Source: Candidatus Daviesbacteria bacterium (GTDB taxonomy: Bacteria; Patescibacteriota; Microgenomatia; Daviesbacterales; UBA10151). From it: a stretch of DNA of 48,530 nt. This document shows, piece after piece, positions 35,737-45,204 of this stretch. The stretch spans positions 1-48,530 of the forward strand of contig JACOXD010000009.1 of the NCBI GenBank assembly GCA_016176465.1. Direction: 5' to 3'. Under the pieces are notes generated by a model. The model saw nothing but the letters and a program-made list of their open reading frames with translations, did no database searches and had not been told where the DNA came from. Position numbers and translations under genes: made by a program. Position 1 is the first letter of the stretch. Each line of letters opens with the position of its first letter.

Positions 35737-36561
35737 TTACAATATTGGCAGATTAAGTTCAGAGATCATTCTTTCTTCATCGTAGAATTCATTTAGAGCA
35801 GTCTTTTTGTAAAATTCTAAATCATAAAAAGATAAGCTTCTATGTGCTTTAAATTTATATTTATTTCTATAAAGCCTCATTTGTTTCCAAAGCATTGAAA
35901 TTAAAGAGGGAGAGCCAGTATGGGTATAACTTAATGCCTTAAATCCTGAGACAGTTTTTCTTTTAACTAACTCTTTTGCTTTACTTTTTAACTTCATTCC
36001 TTTATTTATAACAACGCCGATTATTAAGTTATCTTTTTTTGGAAGATATTCATTAGCGCTGAAAATTGTTAAATAAACTGCAGTTTTAGGGATTTTAGAA
36101 AAGTATGATTTTAACTCCAAGCCATACTCATAAATCTTTGCATAGGGTCCGACCCTCTCAATATAGTAGATGTCAAATGGTTTTAAAATCTTAATGGAAG
36201 GTTTTACTAAGATACCTTCTGAATCCAAGTTTGCATAATATTTATTAATATTTTCTAGACTAATTTGTAAATGGGCAATCTCGTCTTTAACAATTTGTTG
36301 TTTTAGTTTAAAAAGTTGTTTTAAAGAAGCTCCATGTTTTAAAAAGCTTTTAATTTCATTTAATGAAAAGTTAAGCCTCCTTAAAAGCATTATTACTTGG
36401 AAATCTATTATTTGTTCGCTCTTATAAAACCTATATCCTTTGGAATTAACTTTAAAAGGCCTTAAAAGACCTTTACCGCTATACCAATGAACAGTCCTTT
36501 TTGTAGACTGAGATAATCTTCCAAATTCTCCAGATGTTAGCAAATTTTGATTGTTTTGCAT
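35737..36561 (-). CDS. MerR-family regulator with GyrI-like effector domain
   Basis: SGEFGRL, GLLRP, GYRFY, FSLNEIK; GPY and HTGS motifs. Confidence 0.88.
   Translation of the reverse strand: MQNNQNLLTSGEFGRLSQSTKRTVHWYSGKGLLRPFKVNSKGYRFYKSEQIIDFQVIMLLRRLNFSLNEIKSFLKHGASLKQLFKLKQQIVKDEIAHLQISLENINKYYANLDSEGILVKPSIKILKPFDIYYIERVGPYAKIYEYGLELKSYFSKIPKTAVYLTIFSANEYLPKKDNLIIGVVINKGMKLKSKAKELVKRKTVSGFKALSYTHTGSPSLISMLWKQMRLYRNKYKFKAHRSLSFYDLEFYKKTALNEFYDEERMISELNLPIL
36144..36156. repeat. Family E palindrome (copy 3, in the merR-family gene)
   Basis: agggtccgaccct is the reverse complement of the cysS copies. Confidence 0.7.
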
Positions 36562-36565
36562 AAAT

Positions 36566-36596
36566 TTGACAATAACGTAACGTTATAGATTATTAT
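36566..36596 (+). promoter_or_regulatory. MerR-type promoter/operator
   Basis: TTGACA, 19-bp spacer containing the ATAACGT-A-ACGTTAT dyad, TATTAT; divergent from the merR-family gene. Confidence 0.85.
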
Positions 36597-36638
36597 ACCC
36601 CATAGTTGATTATTATGTCAACAAAGGAGGTGTTAAAT

Positions 36639-37448
36639 ATGGCTACAGCAGAACAAGGACCTAACTATTTTGGTTTGGCACCGTTAGAGAGTTTTAAACT
36701 ATTTAGAGGAAAATATGACTCTCTAGTACCAACAAGAGATATGAGAGAACACTCTAGAGTGATGCGCTTGTATTGGCAAAAAGCTTTCCCTCCTATTAGG
36801 AAAGGAAAGTTCTCTACAGAAGATATAAGAGATTTTTATGCAAAGCAAGATAGAGCTGAAGTTGATGCACTAAGAGTACAAGAGCGGGAACTGCAAGAAT
36901 TAGTTAACAAACAAGAAGATGAAAGAGCTACTTCGCCTGAGAGAGAAGTTTTTTTAGCAGACACCCGAGAGCTACTTTATGCGGCACCAATAAGACACAC
37001 TGATGAGTTTTACCAAGAAGTACTTCAGGTATTAGATGAACAATTTATTAGGAGATGGCGAAGATCAAATCTTTTTTTAACAGAGGAGGCAATTCTTACA
37101 GATCCCTATAGAGTGGGTGGATTTTTTCATACAGCATTTGCTGCAGGAATTGAAAGGGTTGTTTTCTCTTATAACTATATTAGTGCACATAATGAATGTC
37201 CCATGCCAGATTTAGAAAAGCTTGGCAGGCAGGTGAGAGATGAAGTTAGACAAAACCTGGGATTACCTTACAAAGATGAAAAGAAATCTATATGCTCAAT
37301 TTTTGGTCATGATGAAGCACAGTGCCAATTAGATAAACAGGCCCTTCAAAGTAGAGTAGTAGTTTGGAGAGAACAGTTCTTAGGGTTATTTGGAGAGGAA
37401 CCACTTTTGGAAGTCTCACATAATTCTAAATCCTGGAAAGAGAGCTAA
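36639..37448 (+). CDS. Hypothetical protein downstream of the MerR-type promoter
   Basis: AAAGGAGGTG at 36623-36632 before ATG 36639. Confidence 0.7.
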   Translation: MATAEQGPNYFGLAPLESFKLFRGKYDSLVPTRDMREHSRVMRLYWQKAFPPIRKGKFSTEDIRDFYAKQDRAEVDALRVQERELQELVNKQEDERATSPEREVFLADTRELLYAAPIRHTDEFYQEVLQVLDEQFIRRWRRSNLFLTEEAILTDPYRVGGFFHTAFAAGIERVVFSYNYISAHNECPMPDLEKLGRQVRDEVRQNLGLPYKDEKKSICSIFGHDEAQCQLDKQALQSRVVVWREQFLGLFGEEPLLEVSHNSKSWKES

Positions 37449-37452
37449 GGGG

Positions 37453-38541
37453 TTATAAGTTTTCTAAGGCAGATCTAGCGGCCTGCAGGTTTTGATTGTA
37501 AAAAACAGCTTTTTCAAATTCTGCCCTGGCTAAATCCTTTTGGTCCATATTTAAGTAACTCTCTCCTCTTAAAAGATAGAGTTCTGAGAAAGCTCTATTG
37601 TGGTAATTTAAGATTTGATCTGTTATTTCAAATACTTTTGTATAATCGCCTACTGCAAAGTAAGCTTGGACTGGTTCTATTTGGTACCAAAGAGTTCTAA
37701 AAGGTAAATCATTTTTTACTTTCTCAAATTCCTGGATAGATCCTTGGTAATCTCCTATGTGATAGAGGGCAATTGATAGATTAAAGCGGGCGTATAGATC
37801 ACTTGGATTATTTTCTAAATCCTTTTGAGAATTTTCAACAGCTTTTTGCCAAGAAATTTTTGGATCAATATCTTCTCCCAATATAGCCTCTGCAATTTCC
37901 ACCATATCACCTGGAACTAAGACTAAATATTCGTAATTAAATTTCTTCCAAAGGGAGTTAAAATTAGTAAAAGAATACCTTAAATTTTTCCCTTGCATGG
38001 AATCATCTTGGATTAATTCATTAGTTAAATCATCATAACCTCTAATAACTCTATAATGTCCAATGTCCTCATTTTCTTTTAGCAGTGTTCTGGTAATTAT
38101 TGGAAGGTCATAAGTTATAAACATTTTCATTAACTCTATATTTCCATTAGGTCGATGAAAGGGGATAAACCCATACTCTTTTGACTTTTCAGCTAATTCT
38201 TCCAAAGTTACTGATTTATCATCATTATCTCCTCCCGGAACTTGAAAAGGCCTTAACTGCAAACCTAATTCTTCTTGAGTAATATTTTTATCATAGTAAG
38301 AAAGCGCCATCGACAGGGCTGCTGGTCCACAATTGTTAAAGGTTTGAAAAACATGAGTTCTCCCTGGGATTACTTTGCTAATTTCTGGTTGTACTAATAT
38401 GATTTTAGGAGAGGGTGAAGGAAGCAGATTGGAAATCTGGGCTGGACTGGGAACTATCTTCTTAACCTGATTAGCCCTCAGATATTGAAAACTAAGAAAA
38501 CTACCCACTAATATAATCACTAAAAGAATTAACCTTATCAT
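37453..38541 (-). CDS. Peptidase C39-like protein with C-terminal TPRs
   Basis: QTFNNCGPA, GHYRVIRGYD, TPR-like helices; N-terminal anchor. Confidence 0.82.
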   Translation of the reverse strand: MIRLILLVIILVGSFLSFQYLRANQVKKIVPSPAQISNLLPSPSPKIILVQPEISKVIPGRTHVFQTFNNCGPAALSMALSYYDKNITQEELGLQLRPFQVPGGDNDDKSVTLEELAEKSKEYGFIPFHRPNGNIELMKMFITYDLPIITRTLLKENEDIGHYRVIRGYDDLTNELIQDDSMQGKNLRYSFTNFNSLWKKFNYEYLVLVPGDMVEIAEAILGEDIDPKISWQKAVENSQKDLENNPSDLYARFNLSIALYHIGDYQGSIQEFEKVKNDLPFRTLWYQIEPVQAYFAVGDYTKVFEITDQILNYHNRAFSELYLLRGESYLNMDQKDLARAEFEKAVFYNQNLQAARSALENL

Positions 38542-38584
38542 AGGGCCATATTTTAACAAGTTTATGGTATACTGGCGAAACCTC

Positions 38585-39667
38585 ATGCCAAAATCCCTTT
38601 TAATTGTTGGAGTTTTAATATTTTTAGTGTTTGTAGGATTAGTACTTTTTAAAGATCAAATCCCAGTAAAAGAAGTTGTAACAAAACCAGAAAACCAAGG
38701 AGGTCCAGGTTTAACTTCACCTCACCCTTTATCTATAGAATCATTAAGAAAAGGTGAATTTCCTGGTTCAGAGATATTAATTGAGCAAACTTTAGATCCT
38801 GGTTCTAACTATAATCGTTATATTGCTTCCTATAAATCAGATGGATTAAAAATCTATGCTCTTTTAACTATTCCTTTTGGCGATCCTTCGACGGGCTCAG
38901 GACTGGAGAAACCTGAAGGTGGCTGGCCAGTTATTATTTTTAATCACGGGTTTATTCCCCCAAGAGAATATAGAACTACTGAAAGGTATGTTGCTTACAC
39001 AGATGCGTTTTCTCGCAATGGTTATGTTCTTTTTAAACCTGATTATAGGGGCCATGGTAATTCAGAGGGTCAAGTAGCAGGAGGATATGGGTCAAATGCT
39101 TATACTATAGATGTATTAAATGCGCTTGCCTCAATTAAAAAATTGCGAGATCCTTCGATAGACTCAGGACGATTTGTGGTGGACCCAAATCGAATTGGAA
39201 TGTGGGGACATTCAATGGGTGGATATATTACCTTACGAAATATGGTGGTAAATAAAGATATTAAAGCTGGGGTAATTTGGGCGGGCGTAGTGGCTTCTTA
39301 TCCTGATTTAATTAATACATGGAGACGGAGAAGCCCTCTTCCTTCAACAAACCTCCCGGGTGCTATCAGAGGATGGAGGCAGAGCTTAATTGAGCAATTC
39401 GGAACACCAGAGAAAAATCCCACTTTTTGGAATTCAATATCTTCTAATGCATATTTAAAAGACATTTCAGGGCCTTTGCAGTTGCATCATGGAAGCGCAG
39501 ATGTATCTGTCCCAGTGGAATTTTCTCAAAAATTGGAACAACAAATGAAAAGTGTAGGAAAAGAGGTAGAGCTTTTCATTTATCCTGGAGATGATCATAA
39601 TTTAGCTGCTAATTTAGGAGTGGCACTTAACCGATCAGTTGATTTTTTTGATAAATATCTTAAATAA
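38585..39667 (+). CDS. Alpha/beta hydrolase (S9 peptidase-like), exported
   Basis: GHSMGG, HGSAD, DH catalytic triad. Confidence 0.9.
   Translation: MPKSLLIVGVLIFLVFVGLVLFKDQIPVKEVVTKPENQGGPGLTSPHPLSIESLRKGEFPGSEILIEQTLDPGSNYNRYIASYKSDGLKIYALLTIPFGDPSTGSGLEKPEGGWPVIIFNHGFIPPREYRTTERYVAYTDAFSRNGYVLFKPDYRGHGNSEGQVAGGYGSNAYTIDVLNALASIKKLRDPSIDSGRFVVDPNRIGMWGHSMGGYITLRNMVVNKDIKAGVIWAGVVASYPDLINTWRRRSPLPSTNLPGAIRGWRQSLIEQFGTPEKNPTFWNSISSNAYLKDISGPLQLHHGSADVSVPVEFSQKLEQQMKSVGKEVELFIYPGDDHNLAANLGVALNRSVDFFDKYLK
38882..38903 (+). repeat. Family B palindrome in frame (DPSTGSG)
   Basis: gatccttcgacgggctcaggac. Confidence 0.8.
39149..39170 (+). repeat. Family B palindrome in frame (DPSIDSG)
   Basis: gatccttcgatagactcaggac; 19/22 with the 38882 copy. 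Confidence 0.8.
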
Positions 39668-39676
39668 TTTAAATAT

Positions 39677-39901
39677 ATGTCTAAAGAGCAAGCAAAACTT
39701 TTTAAAGAAGAGATTTTTCAAATAATCTATAATAATTTTGGCGCTAAAATGGCCAGTATCTACAGAGAGTTTTATCAAGATGAGGATCCTAAGGTAGTAG
39801 CATCAATTGCCAAAGATATGCTCGCCGAGTTAATTGGTAATGAAAAAGCTGAAGAAAAAATGAAACAGATAATAAATAAGTTTAATTTGGAAATAAGTTA
39901 A
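39677..39901 (+). CDS. Small hypothetical protein
   Basis: 74-aa ORF in operon spacing. Confidence 0.6.
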   Translation: MSKEQAKLFKEEIFQIIYNNFGAKMASIYREFYQDEDPKVVASIAKDMLAELIGNEKAEEKMKQIINKFNLEIS

Positions 39902-39902
39902 A

Positions 39903-40712
39903 ATGAATAAATGGGCTTTTGTAAACATTATAATTTTTTTATTTTTTGTTGTTATTTATTGGTTTGGAGGGAAGGGAGATTATAATGAACTTGGACAAAA
40001 TATTATTTACCTAGCTACCCCTTTGATGTCTTTAATATCTGGGGTTTATGCTCTTTTTGTTTTGGGTTTAAAGGGGATGCGAGCGAGCTCGATTTTTCTT
40101 ATTATTTTGGGATTAGCCAGTTGGTTTGTAGGTGAGGTAATTTGGGTATTGTATGATTTTATTTTGCAAATTGATCCTTTCCCTTCTCATGCTGACCTTT
40201 TTTATATACTAGGTTATCCATTAATATTTGCCGGATTAATTAAAGAGGTTACTCATGCAAATATTTCCCTTAAGAAATTTAATCTGGGAGTATTATTTTT
40301 ACTGGGATTAGTATCCGTTTTACTGGGATCTCTGGTTTTATATTTCGGTGTTTATTTACCACTTCTAAGACAAATAAGCTTACTGGAGAGCTTGGTTGCG
40401 ATAAGTTATGGAATGGGAGATTTAATATTACTGTTTCTTAGCATATTAGTATTAATTGTAGCTAGGGAATATAAGGAGGGTAAATTATCCTTACCTTGGT
40501 TTTATTTCTTCTTAGGTCTTGTTGCCACCTTAGTCGCTGATATTTCATTTGCCATATTTACAAAGGAATATGAACTAAAGATACCGCTTTTTAAAAATTT
40601 ATTGGATAGCTTATGGGCTCTAGGATATCTATTTTTTGGGTATTCTCTTTATAAAATGGGTTCAGTCGTTAGGGAAACACAAAAAAAATTATTAGAGAGA
40701 GTGAAAAATTAA
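39903..40712 (+). CDS. Polytopic membrane protein resembling a stand-alone membrane sensor domain
   Basis: About 8 hydrophobic segments; PFPSHADLFY, YGMGDL. Confidence 0.65.
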   Translation: MNKWAFVNIIIFLFFVVIYWFGGKGDYNELGQNIIYLATPLMSLISGVYALFVLGLKGMRASSIFLIILGLASWFVGEVIWVLYDFILQIDPFPSHADLFYILGYPLIFAGLIKEVTHANISLKKFNLGVLFLLGLVSVLLGSLVLYFGVYLPLLRQISLLESLVAISYGMGDLILLFLSILVLIVAREYKEGKLSLPWFYFFLGLVATLVADISFAIFTKEYELKIPLFKNLLDSLWALGYLFFGYSLYKMGSVVRETQKKLLERVKN

Positions 40713-40716
40713 AAAA

Positions 40717-41070
40717 TTGAGACCTGATGAATTTCAAGAAATTGTTAACGAAACAATAAATAGTCTTCCTTATGAGTTTAAGTCTAAGATGGAAAATGTT
40801 GATATAGTTGTTGAAGATTGGCCAGGGGATGAAGAAGTAAAGGGTAAAGGTTTACTTTATGGTTTATATAGGGGAGTGCCTAAAACCAAAAGGGGAAATT
40901 ATTACTCAGGAGTATTACCAGATAAAATTACTATTTTTGCAGGACCAATACTTACTACCTCTAAAGATTTAAAAGAAGCAAGAGAAAAAATTAAAGATAC
41001 AGTTTTACATGAAATAGGTCATCATTTTGGGTTATCAGATAAACAAATTTATAGGGCAATTAAAAGCTAG
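40717..41070 (+). CDS. Zincin-like metallopeptidase family protein
   Basis: GLYRGVP, LPDKITIF, HEIGHHFG. Confidence 0.88.
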   Translation: MRPDEFQEIVNETINSLPYEFKSKMENVDIVVEDWPGDEEVKGKGLLYGLYRGVPKTKRGNYYSGVLPDKITIFAGPILTTSKDLKEAREKIKDTVLHEIGHHFGLSDKQIYRAIKS

Positions 41071-41074
41071 ACTT

Positions 41075-41557
41075 TTAACCATTACTTTTAAAGATTACTA
41101 ACAACTTATCCCCATTTTTTATCTCTTTATCCAATAAATCTGGATCTTCTCTATCATTTAAATAAAATTTTAATGAAGAAGCCTCATTCCTACATAATGT
41201 TTCGCCATCTCCGGTTACCAAACAATCCTTAGTTAATTTCATGGGTAAGGTATTAAAAAAGTCCGCCCAAGTTATACCTGTCTTTTTAACATTTACTCTT
41301 GATGGATTATCGGGTGTAATATAAACGTCTTCTGATTGGTTATGGTATTTAGAATTTGTAAAAATTCTGATTATATTATCGGTTTTTATAGTAAAAGATG
41401 CCTGCAAGTTGGTAGTTGTAGGTTGAGCGCTAGGAGAGCTTATTGTATTTGGTAGAGACTCATTATTAAACTTTCTATTTTTTGGGAAGTGGAAAAAGAT
41501 AAGGGCAATTGCAGCAAGCACTAAAATGGATGCTATTGAAATAATTAGTACTTTCAT
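41075..41557 (-). CDS. Membrane-anchored hypothetical protein
   Basis: N-terminal TM helix; 160-aa ORF. Confidence 0.65.
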   Translation of the reverse strand: MKVLIISIASILVLAAIALIFFHFPKNRKFNNESLPNTISSPSAQPTTTNLQASFTIKTDNIIRIFTNSKYHNQSEDVYITPDNPSRVNVKKTGITWADFFNTLPMKLTKDCLVTGDGETLCRNEASSLKFYLNDREDPDLLDKEIKNGDKLLVIFKSNG

Positions 41558-41586
41558 CTAATTTATACTAACATATAGTTACTGCC

Positions 41587-42081
41587 ATGAATAACTCTAA
41601 ACTAATTTTAGGTTTAGTAGGTTTAATTATATTTTGCTTATTACTAATTGGTGGGGCTATTTACTTTAAAATACAAACAGCTAGTAAATCTCAAAATTTA
41701 GCCACAAGTGCCCCAGCTACTTCTTCTCCTGAAAAGGTTACTCAAGATTTTTATAAGTGGTATATAGAAGAATGTTTATTAATAGATTCAGACTTAAGAA
41801 CTGGAAAAGAGTGGCAAAAATGCAATTTAGAAAAACATGGTGCAATAAGTGAGGAGTTCATTAAGAAATTAAATGATACGCCAGTAAAACCATTTGATCC
41901 TATTTTATGTGGAGTAGAAATTCCAGAGAGTTTTACTGCATCTGTTGATAGTAGACAGGATAAAGGATTGGAAGTTAATGTTTCTAAATTAGGATTAGAG
42001 GAAATCTCAAGTCATAATGTGATTTTAAAAAAATTTAATAATAATTATAAAATTACCAACATAATTTGCTCAGATTTATAA
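41587..42081 (+). CDS. Membrane-anchored DUF3828/YbjP-like protein
   Basis: PEKVTQDFYKWY, FDPILCG, YKITNI.C. Confidence 0.55.
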   Translation: MNNSKLILGLVGLIIFCLLLIGGAIYFKIQTASKSQNLATSAPATSSPEKVTQDFYKWYIEECLLIDSDLRTGKEWQKCNLEKHGAISEEFIKKLNDTPVKPFDPILCGVEIPESFTASVDSRQDKGLEVNVSKLGLEEISSHNVILKKFNNNYKITNIICSDL

Positions 42082-42125
42082 CCCCATAGTTTGATTTTTA
42101 CCCTCAAAATTTATATAATTTCTAG

Positions 42126-42947
42126 ATGGAAATTTTTGAACCCAGACTAGCATCATTACGATTTAGTCCATCAGACGTAGATCCTTCTGCAAATAAAGAA
42201 TTTCTTAGGGCCAGATATGGAGTCATGGTTGAGACCGGAGCTAAAGATGAAGCAGATCAAGAAACTGCTATTTTTGAACCATTGGATTTGATCTCCTCAA
42301 TTGATGCAATCATGTTACTAAGAGAGGAACTGATAAAATATCCACCATCATATGTGTTGGCGTTGGGTGTTGCCAGTATTCGATTAGTTGCAGATTTACA
42401 AATCACCAAGAGTGAATATTATGAGGGTTTGCACAGGGTAGGAGGAGCAGCTTATTCTAACGGTCAATTATATGTAGTGTATTATGAGCGCCACCGCGTC
42501 CATACCAGAGAGACTATCCATCACGAATTAGAGCACTTAGCCCAAGACAGGGATGAGGCGTGGAAGAATAAAATAGCAGTTTTAAGGTGGATTTGCGAAG
42601 AATGGAGAGAGGGTCAGTGGGATGGGTTAAATAGGAGCTCAGGGTTGCCATTTTTGGGAGAAAAATATTGGCGATTATCAAACGCTGAAAGACAAAGACT
42701 AGACCATAGTGGTTTTGTTAAGCCACATAGCAGGTTAAGCAGAAGAGAGGACGGCGCAACTGTTGCAGGTAGATTAATGACAAATCCGCAGAAGTTATTA
42801 ATTCAAAGAAGGTGTGATGACCAAATACTTTATCAAAAAGCACTACATATGGTAGGTATGTTTAATGGTAGAACATCAGGAAAAATGGGAGGAAGATTTT
42901 TCAGAGAATTGGAATTTGGATTTGTCAGGGAAAGTTATTGGAGGTAA
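42126..42947 (+). CDS. Putative zinc metallopeptidase
   Basis: IHHELEH (HExxH), downstream REDGA; TTGATT-17-TATAAT promoter. Confidence 0.6.
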   Translation: MEIFEPRLASLRFSPSDVDPSANKEFLRARYGVMVETGAKDEADQETAIFEPLDLISSIDAIMLLREELIKYPPSYVLALGVASIRLVADLQITKSEYYEGLHRVGGAAYSNGQLYVVYYERHRVHTRETIHHELEHLAQDRDEAWKNKIAVLRWICEEWREGQWDGLNRSSGLPFLGEKYWRLSNAERQRLDHSGFVKPHSRLSRREDGATVAGRLMTNPQKLLIQRRCDDQILYQKALHMVGMFNGRTSGKMGGRFFRELEFGFVRESYWR

Positions 42948-42961
42948 CTAGATTTTTATAT

Positions 42962-43410
42962 TTAACCCGAAAATCCAAAAAACATTTGGGATAAATCTAT
43001 ATTGGCAAAGTGCAAATACCACTCATTCCAGATCTTATAAATAATTACTATAGTCCAAATTAGTAAAAAATTAAAGGCTCTAAAAAGTTTTGAAAGTAAA
43101 AAAATACTAATTCGTTTCCAGTGATAAAGAATAAGACTTGGCCTATGATTCTATAAATAAAAAGTATTACTATAATTTTTTTAATTTGCCATCTTAAACC
43201 TAAAATCAGCATAAAAATATAAGAGATAAAGTCTGCGAACTTATCTATTACTTGGTAAGTTACAGCACTCATCCCTAAAGAAAGCAGAATATCTCCATCA
43301 ACTACATCCAAAAAATAATTTCCCCAAAGAGAGTAAAAGGGAAAGATTAGCATTAAAGGAGGGATTAAAAATTTAAGGGATATAACTATAATTTCTAAAA
43401 TAGTATTCAT
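42962..43410 (-). pseudogene. Frameshifted membrane protein gene
   Basis: ORF stops at 43060; another frame continues LLIWTIVIIYKIWNEWYLHFANIDLSQMFFGFSG to a stop at 42962. Confidence 0.55.
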
Positions 43411-43474
43411 AATTCCACATTAACAAACTATCCTTAGAAAATAAGAGGATAAGGAGACTTTTATTTACTAACTT

Positions 43475-43777
43475 TTAAAGATTTGCTATTCCTTCAAACC
43501 CACCATGTTCTTTGATGGCCCTGAATGTTTCTTTAATTTTATTCTTTACCTTATCTTTCCCTTCTGAAGTAGAAATTTTAGTTAGATGTTTTTTGTAAGT
43601 ATGCCATTCTTTTGGAGTGATTTTATTCTCCGACTTGATAGAAGCTCCATCCATTAATCCTGATTTCCAACTAATAATCTTGGTGACCAGTTTAAAAACT
43701 TTCTCATTTTCCTTTTGAGTCTTCAAAAGCGCAATCTTACGCTCATCTTTGGTTTGTTTAACTTTTAGAGATGGCAT
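43475..43777 (-). CDS. Basic hypothetical protein
   Basis: 100-aa ORF. Confidence 0.5.
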   Translation of the reverse strand: MPSLKVKQTKDERKIALLKTQKENEKVFKLVTKIISWKSGLMDGASIKSENKITPKEWHTYKKHLTKISTSEGKDKVKNKIKETFRAIKEHGGFEGIANL

Positions 43778-43909
43778 ATAAATTAAGAAATCTCTTTAGT
43801 AATGGGGCAAAAAGCATTCAAAGAGTTAAATATATTATAGCTAATTTGGGGCGCTAAAGCAAGATTTTATTAATTAATTAAAGTGAGTTTTTGAGTTAGA
43901 ATAGAAGGG

Positions 43910-44086
43910 ATGAAAAAAGTTCTTCTTAAAGTTTTTTTACCAACCCTTTTATTATTTGCCTTTCTTTCTTTAACCTCAAAAGTAATTTTTGCAGCAGAAA
44001 TAATCAGGAGTTTTGATGTAAATATAATAGCAAAAAAAGATGGGGTGATGAAGGTGGATGCGGTGGAGGAGGTGGTTGGTAGTTAA
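43910..44086 (+). pseudogene. DUF2207-like gene remnant with internal deletion
   Basis: Signal peptide plus EIIRSFDVNI..KDGVMKV, joined out of frame to GGCGGGGGW-stop. Confidence 0.65.
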
Positions 44087-45156
44087 GAATTTTTTTGCAG
44101 TAGTTTAATTAAGGCAAACTCATCCCAGGAAAGATTTGGTTTTTTAATTTCCAAAGTAGAAAATCTTAAAAAGTGAGGGGGTAAAATATTATTTTTGTAG
44201 GTTTTTAAGACAGTTGGATGAATGTAATAATTCCTGCAAACAGCAATTGTATTATTTAGATGAGCTGCTACTTTTTTAACAGTATCAACAATATTTTGCT
44301 TAATAATTTTTGCATCACTTACCCATCCTAATTTATAAAGATGATTAGCTGAAAGGTTTGTTGCACCCCAAGTTCTAAAATCTTTTGCTGTAAAATTTCC
44401 TTTGGTTAAATCTTTTAAAAACTCATTTACATCGGAGGAATCTATAACATGACGCTCATCCTTTTCATCTATAAATTGAAAAAGTTCATACCCAGGTAAT
44501 TCCACACATTTTTTAATAGTTTTTGCAATTAATTTATTAGTAATAACTAAAGTTTGAGGAACCCCACTTTTACCCCTAAATTGAAAATAAATCTCAGAGC
44601 CTTTTACATTAACATGTTTATTTCTTAAAGTAGTTAAACCAAAAGAATTATTTTCTTTAGAATATTCTTCATTGCCAATTCTTATAAATGTATGCTCCAG
44701 TAGCCAAATTACTGTGGCAATAATTTTTCGCTTTTCCATTTTTTTAAGCGCTAAATCATGAGAAATTTGCGATCTTATTTTAGGAAGACTTAATCCAAAA
44801 TCTACCAAACTTAAGAATTTATTTTCCTGGCAAATTTTAGTCCACTCAGAATGATAGATATATTGCTTGCGCCCCTTTTTATCTATCCCAGTTGCCTGAA
44901 GGTGAGCATTGGCTAAAGGAGCGATCCAGACATTTTTCCAGGCGGGAGGAATAATTAATTTATTTATTCTTTCAAGCACATTTTTATCTTTGATTGTTTC
45001 TCCATCTAAATCATAAAACTTAAATTTTTTGCCCAATTTTTGGCGGAAAAGACCCGGAGATTGATCTGAAACATACCTTAAGTTTTCTTCCTTAAGTTGT
45101 TGTTGGATGTAAGGATCAATTGAATAATTCATACCCTTAAATTTAGAGTAGCGCAT
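44083..45156 (-). CDS. DNA topoisomerase IB (bacterial type); start probably 45132
   Basis: IPPAW, GRKQY.YH, RIGNEEY, FRGKSG, KDFRTW, LNNT.AVCRNYY. Confidence 0.93.
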   Translation of the reverse strand: MRYSKFKGMNYSIDPYIQQQLKEENLRYVSDQSPGLFRQKLGKKFKFYDLDGETIKDKNVLERINKLIIPPAWKNVWIAPLANAHLQATGIDKKGRKQYIYHSEWTKICQENKFLSLVDFGLSLPKIRSQISHDLALKKMEKRKIIATVIWLLEHTFIRIGNEEYSKENNSFGLTTLRNKHVNVKGSEIYFQFRGKSGVPQTLVITNKLIAKTIKKCVELPGYELFQFIDEKDERHVIDSSDVNEFLKDLTKGNFTAKDFRTWGATNLSANHLYKLGWVSDAKIIKQNIVDTVKKVAAHLNNTIAVCRNYYIHPTVLKTYKNNILPPHFLRFSTLEIKKPNLSWDEFALIKLLQKNS

Positions 45157-45204
45157 TTTAGACCTTCCTACAACTTATAAGGTTGGCTTTGTTATACTCA
45201 AGCT

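Noticed and set aside
38541-38586. Head-to-head overlap of the C39-like and hydrolase genes
   Set aside because: Internal ATGs at 38541(-) and 38585(+), each preceded by an extended -10, remove the overlap.
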